A stretch of 28,444 nt of DNA from an uncultured archaeon. GTDB taxonomy: Archaea; Asgardarchaeota; Lokiarchaeia; Sigyniarchaeales; SOKP01. Shown in pieces: positions 26,170 to 28,444 of this stretch. Position numbers and translations under genes: made by a program. A model generated the notes under the pieces. The model did not search any database and had not been told where the DNA came from. It saw only the letters and a program-made list of their open reading frames with translations. The first letter of the stretch is position 1. The number at the start of each line of letters is the position of its first letter. The DNA lies in assembly GCA_964486045.1 (NCBI GenBank), contig CAZALK010000028.1, positions 1-28,444 on the forward strand, in the 5' to 3' direction.

Positions 26170-28161
26170 ATGGAAACAAAATTTTGGCAAGCACGAGTAA
26201 AAATTACGCAAATCCCAACTAAATTAGAAACGCAAGAATTCGTAAACCCTAGAACTCACAACGGTGCTAAAATCGACATGTCGTGGCTTTTTGATCCTTT
26301 TCTAGACCAAACTGTATATGGTTTGGAACTCACACTGAACAAGACCTTTTCATTCATCTTTATTATGTATGCTGAAACCGAATCAAAAGCCCTAAAAAGG
26401 GGGTATTCGTTCCTTATGAATTTAGAAGAAAGATTCCTTGGACTTTCGGGTGAAGTCTCAGCTCTACCAATTGGTCTATTTATTTTAAAACAAGAATTCC
26501 CCACTTATGAACTAGTTCTCCCTCGAATTCCATTTTTAAAGGGAGATAAATTTCATATCATCAAGAAGATTATCCAATTATTTAAAATGCGGGACACTAA
26601 CGTATTTCAATTCTATATATTCTGGCAAAAGGATGATTCAATTCATATTCACAAATATGACAAGGTTTCTGTATTTGAAATGTATAAACTCAAGATCTTT
26701 ATTAGAATTATACAAGATAATAAGCTTGATAATAATAAGTTAAAGACGGTACAACTTGAGGCTAAATTGGAGTATTTAACTATGGGTATAAGAAATTTAA
26801 TAGGAGAGCGTGCTTGCATTAAAAAAACTCGTCTTAACACTTGGGAAAAAATAATGAGTTCTAACGTCTTTTGGATTAATGATAAAAATCAAAATACTGG
26901 CGCTTATTATTGTTATATTTATGGCAAATTACCTGAAGAGAGAGTTCCGGCATTTATTAGCCCTGATGAGGTTGACTTCACTTTCTCAGATGATTTACCA
27001 TTACAAAAATCATATAGTCCCCCTCTCGTTAATATTAATTATTCCTCTATTAGTGATAAGAATTCCATCTCAATTGGTAATATTGTAGTTAATGGAGTAG
27101 AAACTAAGATAATCAAATCTCTGCCGACAACTCATTTTGCAAATAGTGTTTTTATTGGAGGTCAAACGGGTGCAGGAAAGACTTATCTATTAGGTCATAT
27201 TTGCAATCAATTTTATAATAATGCTCCTGATATTGGGATTCTAATCTTGAACCTGGGGAAAGGTAAACAAGAGGGATTCTATACTACCGATAAAATTCTT
27301 AAGTATGGATCTTCAGATTTACATTTAAGTTATTTTTATGAAGGAGAATATTTAAACAAGTCACTTCAAGAAACTGCGACGTATTTGGCATCATCTCTTG
27401 GGCTTGGAAGTCCTTCTGATAAGATATTGTATGTTGTAATGAAAGCTTTCATAAAAGTAAATGGATCTTTACCACGATCATTAAAGACTTTGTTTAATGG
27501 GTTGAAAAAATATTTCATAGAACACCCATATCATAAGAAATATCAGACCTATATTCTAAGAGCTCTACAAAATCGGATTCCTTCCCTTCTCTCTGATCCT
27601 ATTCTGAAGAAGACCTTAGAATTATTACAGATTAACAATATCCCTAAATGGTTTAATGATTGGAGAAATGGAAAAACAATTTTTATTGATTTATCCATGT
27701 GTGATATTTATGTTAAAAGATTATTGTCTAATGCGATTTTTCAAATGGTCAAAACCCTTATTCCTGATGTGGAAGCAGGTAAACTTCAAAACATAATAGT
27801 GATTGAAGAAGCCTACCAAATATTAGAATTACCAATCACGACAAACCCTAATGCGGATGATTTTATCTCACGAGAGCAATTGGAATTAATATTTAACAAT
27901 TTAATAAGAGAGTTTCGGAGTAAAGGATTATCATTCTTCATTTCAGATAATGCTCCCCATCGGTTATTTAGATGTAGTTTAAGCTTACCAAGCCTTAAAA
28001 TACTATTCAGCCTTAGCCATTTAGATAGCAATCTATTTACTAACAATTTAAAAACACAAGAGTACCTTATTCTCCAAAATCCCCGTTATGCGCTTATTTT
28101 AAATGGGGGTAATCAAGAAATTTTTGTAGTTAAAACTCCTGATTATACTTATTCTAGGTGA
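26170..28161 (+). CDS. HerA/VirB4/FtsK-superfamily P-loop ATPase with large N-terminal domain
   Basis: VFIGGQTGAGKT (Walker A), IFIDLS, IIVIEEAYQI (Walker B), IREFRSKGL (equivalent of HerA REGRKFG). Start set at ATG 26170 after GAGGGG, just past the peptidase stop. Confidence 0.85.
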   Translation: METKFWQARVKITQIPTKLETQEFVNPRTHNGAKIDMSWLFDPFLDQTVYGLELTLNKTFSFIFIMYAETESKALKRGYSFLMNLEERFLGLSGEVSALPIGLFILKQEFPTYELVLPRIPFLKGDKFHIIKKIIQLFKMRDTNVFQFYIFWQKDDSIHIHKYDKVSVFEMYKLKIFIRIIQDNKLDNNKLKTVQLEAKLEYLTMGIRNLIGERACIKKTRLNTWEKIMSSNVFWINDKNQNTGAYYCYIYGKLPEERVPAFISPDEVDFTFSDDLPLQKSYSPPLVNINYSSISDKNSISIGNIVVNGVETKIIKSLPTTHFANSVFIGGQTGAGKTYLLGHICNQFYNNAPDIGILILNLGKGKQEGFYTTDKILKYGSSDLHLSYFYEGEYLNKSLQETATYLASSLGLGSPSDKILYVVMKAFIKVNGSLPRSLKTLFNGLKKYFIEHPYHKKYQTYILRALQNRIPSLLSDPILKKTLELLQINNIPKWFNDWRNGKTIFIDLSMCDIYVKRLLSNAIFQMVKTLIPDVEAGKLQNIIVIEEAYQILELPITTNPNADDFISREQLELIFNNLIREFRSKGLSFFISDNAPHRLFRCSLSLPSLKILFSLSHLDSNLFTNNLKTQEYLILQNPRYALILNGGNQEIFVVKTPDYTYSR

Positions 28162-28167
28162 TTGTTT

Positions 28168-28444
28168 TTGTCTGGGGAAAGTCCTGGTGATCAAACTCCT
28201 GATGAGATTCCGGAGGAAGAGAGTTTTAATCCAAATGATGAGAAACCTGATGAGATTCCGGAGGAAGAGAGCTTCAACCCAAATTATGATGAATCAGATG
28301 AGATTCCGGAGGAAGAGAGTTTCAACCCAAATTATGATGAATCAGATGAAATTCCAGATGAGGATGATTTTAATCCAAATGTAGATGAGTCAGATGAGAT
28401 TCCAGAGGAAGAGAGCTTCAACCCAAATTATGATGAATCAGATG
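28168..28444 (+). CDS. N-terminus of a highly acidic tandem-repeat protein (runs off the window)
   Basis: AGGTGA (overlapping the ATPase stop), 6 nt, then TTG TCT. Frame open to the end: MSGESPGDQTP(DEIPEEESFNPNYDES)n. Not in the ORF track. Confidence 0.8.
   Translation, partial: MSGESPGDQTPDEIPEEESFNPNDEKPDEIPEEESFNPNYDESDEIPEEESFNPNYDESDEIPDEDDFNPNVDESDEIPEEESFNPNYDESD
28201..28444 (+). repeat. 48-bp coding tandem repeat, five full units and the start of a sixth
   Basis: Units start at 28201, 28249, 28297, 28345, 28393 and 28441 (GATGAGATTCCGGAGGAAGAGAG...). Many differences are synonymous or conservative in the DEIPEEESFNPN frame. Confidence 0.93.

Noticed and set aside
1886-28046. Short antisense or nested ORFs inside long genes (e.g. 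7027-7392, 12641-13018, 18383-18778, 25100-25384, 26256-26504)
   Set aside because: Shadow ORFs of well-supported genes with no independent motifs.
28187-28384. ORF-track 65-aa Met/Arg-rich protein
   Set aside because: It is an alternative frame of the repeat. The RBS-backed frame from 28168 stays open and takes the variation as synonymous or conservative changes.
28201-28444. 48-bp repeats as a CRISPR array
   Set aside because: Units are contiguous with no unique spacers, keep a reading frame, and no cas genes are nearby.

Overview
AT-rich (roughly 28% GC by eye) archaeal window. Protein families and gene style point to an Asgard archaeon, probably Lokiarchaeia (inference). Core genes: topoisomerase VI (top6A and a roughly double-sized top6B), coaBC, scpA-scpB, valS and an intron-containing tRNA-Ala(CGC). 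Accessory genes: a MoxR AAA+ / vWA / SWIM-zinc-finger operon; an island with a wHTH gene, a Dam-like methyltransferase and two unknown genes sitting where most of smc should be; a glycyl radical enzyme with no adjacent activase; and at the right edge a module of a 2-TM protein, a membrane zinc peptidase, a HerA/VirB4-like ATPase and an acidic 16-aa-repeat protein. Four 5'-truncated gene relics lie at three junctions (histidine kinase plus unknown gene, smc, DpnA-like MTase). All calls come from reading motifs by eye; no searches were run.
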